DNA of 64,000 nucleotides from assembly GCA_000002445.1 (NCBI GenBank), contig CH464491.1:2656001-2720000 (forward strand), in the 5' to 3' direction. Every line of letters starts with the position of its first letter. Position 1 is the stretch's first letter. The DNA comes from Trypanosoma brucei (lineage: Eukaryota). Positions 62,097-64,000 of the stretch are shown here, piece after piece. A model generated the notes under the pieces. That model had not been told where the DNA came from and did no database searches. It was given only the letters and a program-made list of their open reading frames with translations. Both the position numbers and the translations under genes were made by a program.

Positions 62097-64000
62097 ATGA
62101 GTGGGAAGGGCTTTGTATCAACCCGACTGCTGCAAGCGGTACCTGCGGGGGGTGCAGTCCCAGCACCAAGATCCATTCCGTCCTTCAAACCGGTTCCGTT
62201 CAAGCGAGAAAAGTTTCTCTCTATAAAAACTCGAACTGCCGAAACGTTCTTCGGTACGCGCGACCGACTATTCCGGCGCTCTACCGCTATTGTTGAGCAG
62301 ATGAGTGATATGAGAAGGAAAGAAAACCTATCATCTTCCGTGAGTGGTAGTGGTGGAAATGTCCTCAATGGTTGTGAAGGAATATACATTGGGGCTCCCC
62401 TTACACCACAAATGACGGATGAGATTAACGCGTGGAACAGAAATCTTCAAGGTCTTGAGGGGATGCAAGGATTTGTTCTCACTGACGAGTTAGTGTACGA
62501 GGCTGTCTCTAGGAACATTCGCATGGGTGCATTCCCGCATGCGCTGAATTGGTTGGAAAAGGCTGCGCGCGAAAAGCGGCTTCCCGTGCCAACTTTAGTG
62601 CTGAAGGACCTGCGCATGTTCTTTGATTTTGTGCTTTCTGTGCTCCCCGCGAGCAACGCAACCTTCTCAACTGCAGTCGACATGCTGCTCGAGGAAACGG
62701 CTTCGACTATGTTGCCTGAAGTATCGACCGATGGGTCGCGTGGCGGGGAAAATGAAGATGAAGTCACTTGCGGTGAGGTGTGCGAAAACTCGCCAATACG
62801 ACTTGCAAGCACTTCACCTTTCGCACTCCACATTTTCAGAGAATTATTCGCGCCCGTCTGGGGTTGCCTGCTGCGTCTTGGTCTGCTTCCTACGGTTGCG
62901 TCTGCGCAAAAGGAGTGGGATCGTTTGCAGGGAAACAAGGTCTCTGACGGTGTATTGTCAGGTTTGATTGAGCGTATAGACTTTGATGGGTGCGCACCCT
63001 CCAACAGAGAGAGTAGTGGCACTAACGTGGGAAAGGTGCCTGCGGCACGGCAAGCGTATATGGAACTCCTTCTATCTCTTGCACAATGCGCTGCCGAGGC
63101 GAAAGAGGTATATGTCCTTTTACACCTTCAATCTACCTTCTGTGCATTATTTGCTGAACCAAGGGATGAGGGCCGCTCTCACCCCTCGGTTTCTTCTGAC
63201 GATTCCCGCCTTCAGCGTTGGAGGTTGCGACGGAATGTTTGGTGCAATTCGGATGATGGCAGGGAATACTTTCACCGCTTTGCGAACGATTTCCTTTCTT
63301 CTGTATATTATGGCCGCCAGCTCTACCAAAGCGAAGTCTCGCTAAATAATTGTGTTCGACATTTGTCCAGTACCGTGCCCGGGGTGCAAGGAACAGAAGA
63401 GCTGGGAGATATGCGGAACGATGGACGGGATGTTGGAGGTGCCGACGATGAACAACGGCAGCCAAACAATCCGGATGCTGACGAAGATGGCAAGTCAAGG
63501 TTGTTTACGGTGGAGGAGGCCGTGGAAAATGTATTGTGGGAGGTGATGAGCCATGAGGCGTCACTGTTCCCCGATGCACTCGCATACGCCGGACTTCTGC
63601 TTCGACGTACTGTGACTGATACAACTCTTCCTACTTCCGCAACAAACCCTCGCTTCAGTCGGGCGGAGCTTGAGTGGATGCAGCTTCATAGTGACATGTG
63701 CCGTCGCTCCCACGGTGGTGAGGACGTGACAGCCGAGTTACTGAATCTCATTCGCCCAGGTTCCACGGTAACACGAGGACTGGCACTGAATGCTACATGT
63801 CTCGAGGATAAACAGTGTCTTCTGGGACTGGTGGTTGAGACAGTTATTACGATTGCTGGGGTGTCGAGGCTAGCGGGCCCTCAACGAGGTGACCTGATTA
63901 TTAAGGCTACCACGCAGTTGCTTCTGTGTATGAGGGAGGTTGAATGTCAGGGAGGACAGCGGTTGATGCTCCCTCAGTACAGTGTAGGATGCGTAATGGT
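62097..64000 (+). CDS. Hypothetical protein, 5' part (open to the window end, at least 634 codons). Alternative start at 62301.
   Basis: Manual translation of frame 0 (62097 ≡ 0 mod 3) is stop-free from the TGA at 62007-62009 to position 64000. ATGs occur at 62085, 62097 and 62301. A T-rich polypyrimidine tract at 62010-62084 followed by AG at 62090-62095 favours 62097. It is absent from the supplied ORF track because there is no in-window stop. Confidence 0.5.
   Translation, partial: MSGKGFVSTRLLQAVPAGGAVPAPRSIPSFKPVPFKREKFLSIKTRTAETFFGTRDRLFRRSTAIVEQMSDMRRKENLSSSVSGSGGNVLNGCEGIYIGAPLTPQMTDEINAWNRNLQGLEGMQGFVLTDELVYEAVSRNIRMGAFPHALNWLEKAAREKRLPVPTLVLKDLRMFFDFVLSVLPASNATFSTAVDMLLEETASTMLPEVSTDGSRGGENEDEVTCGEVCENSPIRLASTSPFALHIFRELFAPVWGCLLRLGLLPTVASAQKEWDRLQGNKVSDGVLSGLIERIDFDGCAPSNRESSGTNVGKVPAARQAYMELLLSLAQCAAEAKEVYVLLHLQSTFCALFAEPRDEGRSHPSVSSDDSRLQRWRLRRNVWCNSDDGREYFHRFANDFLSSVYYGRQLYQSEVSLNNCVRHLSSTVPGVQGTEELGDMRNDGRDVGGADDEQRQPNNPDADEDGKSRLFTVEEAVENVLWEVMSHEASLFPDALAYAGLLLRRTVTDTTLPTSATNPRFSRAELEWMQLHSDMCRRSHGGEDVTAELLNLIRPGSTVTRGLALNATCLEDKQCLLGLVVETVITIAGVSRLAGPQRGDLIIKATTQLLLCMREVECQGGQRLMLPQYSVGCVM

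Noticed and set aside
61634-62296. 220-aa + strand ORF listed in the track
   Set aside because: It runs through a poly-T/pyrimidine tract (F/L/S-rich translation), is in a different frame from the long stop-free frame-0 ORF that begins at 62085/62097 and overlaps it. It is most likely spurious.
1-64000. Searched for prokaryote-style features (CRISPR arrays, operons, RBS, rho-independent terminators), tRNA genes (GTTCGAATC-type T-loops) and transposon ends
   Set aside because: No direct-repeat/spacer arrays, no tRNA-like cloverleaf signatures and no inverted terminal repeats were seen. The architecture is eukaryotic kinetoplastid, so these calls would be inappropriate.

Overview
This window reads as a trypanosomatid nuclear chromosome segment, most likely Trypanosoma brucei-clade. 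The reasons: every long ORF (more than about 200 aa) is on the + strand, as expected inside one polycistronic transcription unit. Intergenic regions are long and pyrimidine-rich (polypyrimidine tract then AG trans-splice signals) and carry (TA)n, (GT)n and (GTT)n microsatellites. There are no introns or prokaryotic operon signals. The window holds about 27 same-strand protein-coding genes. Those I can call from sequence alone include ribosomal protein eL22, telomerase reverse transcriptase (TERT, with motifs A, B', C and E), a PAF1-complex CDC73 homolog, mitochondrial bacterial-type protease HslV, a cytosolic carboxypeptidase (M14/CCP), a TatD-like nuclease, an RCC1-repeat protein, a PGAM5-like phosphatase and a GH31 glucosidase. 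The others I can call are a GS28-like SNARE, a NASP/SHNi-TPR-like histone chaperone, a PI31-like protein, a CCZ1-like longin protein, an actin-related protein 3' end and several hypothetical proteins. The most distinctive non-coding feature is an approximately 822-bp tandem repeat at 46555-48255, with two full copies and a degenerate third start. It carries well-formed C/D-box motifs (UGAUGA and CUGA with a terminal stem), i.e. a tandemly reiterated snoRNA gene cluster embedded in the same-strand transcription unit. It is followed by an array of GATGCTC-type C-box-like motifs. A long open frame running from 62097 to the window end is absent from the supplied ORF track because it has no stop in the window. 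No CRISPR arrays, tRNAs, rRNAs or transposons were recognised. All product assignments are by eye from motifs and recalled family consensus; no database search was possible.
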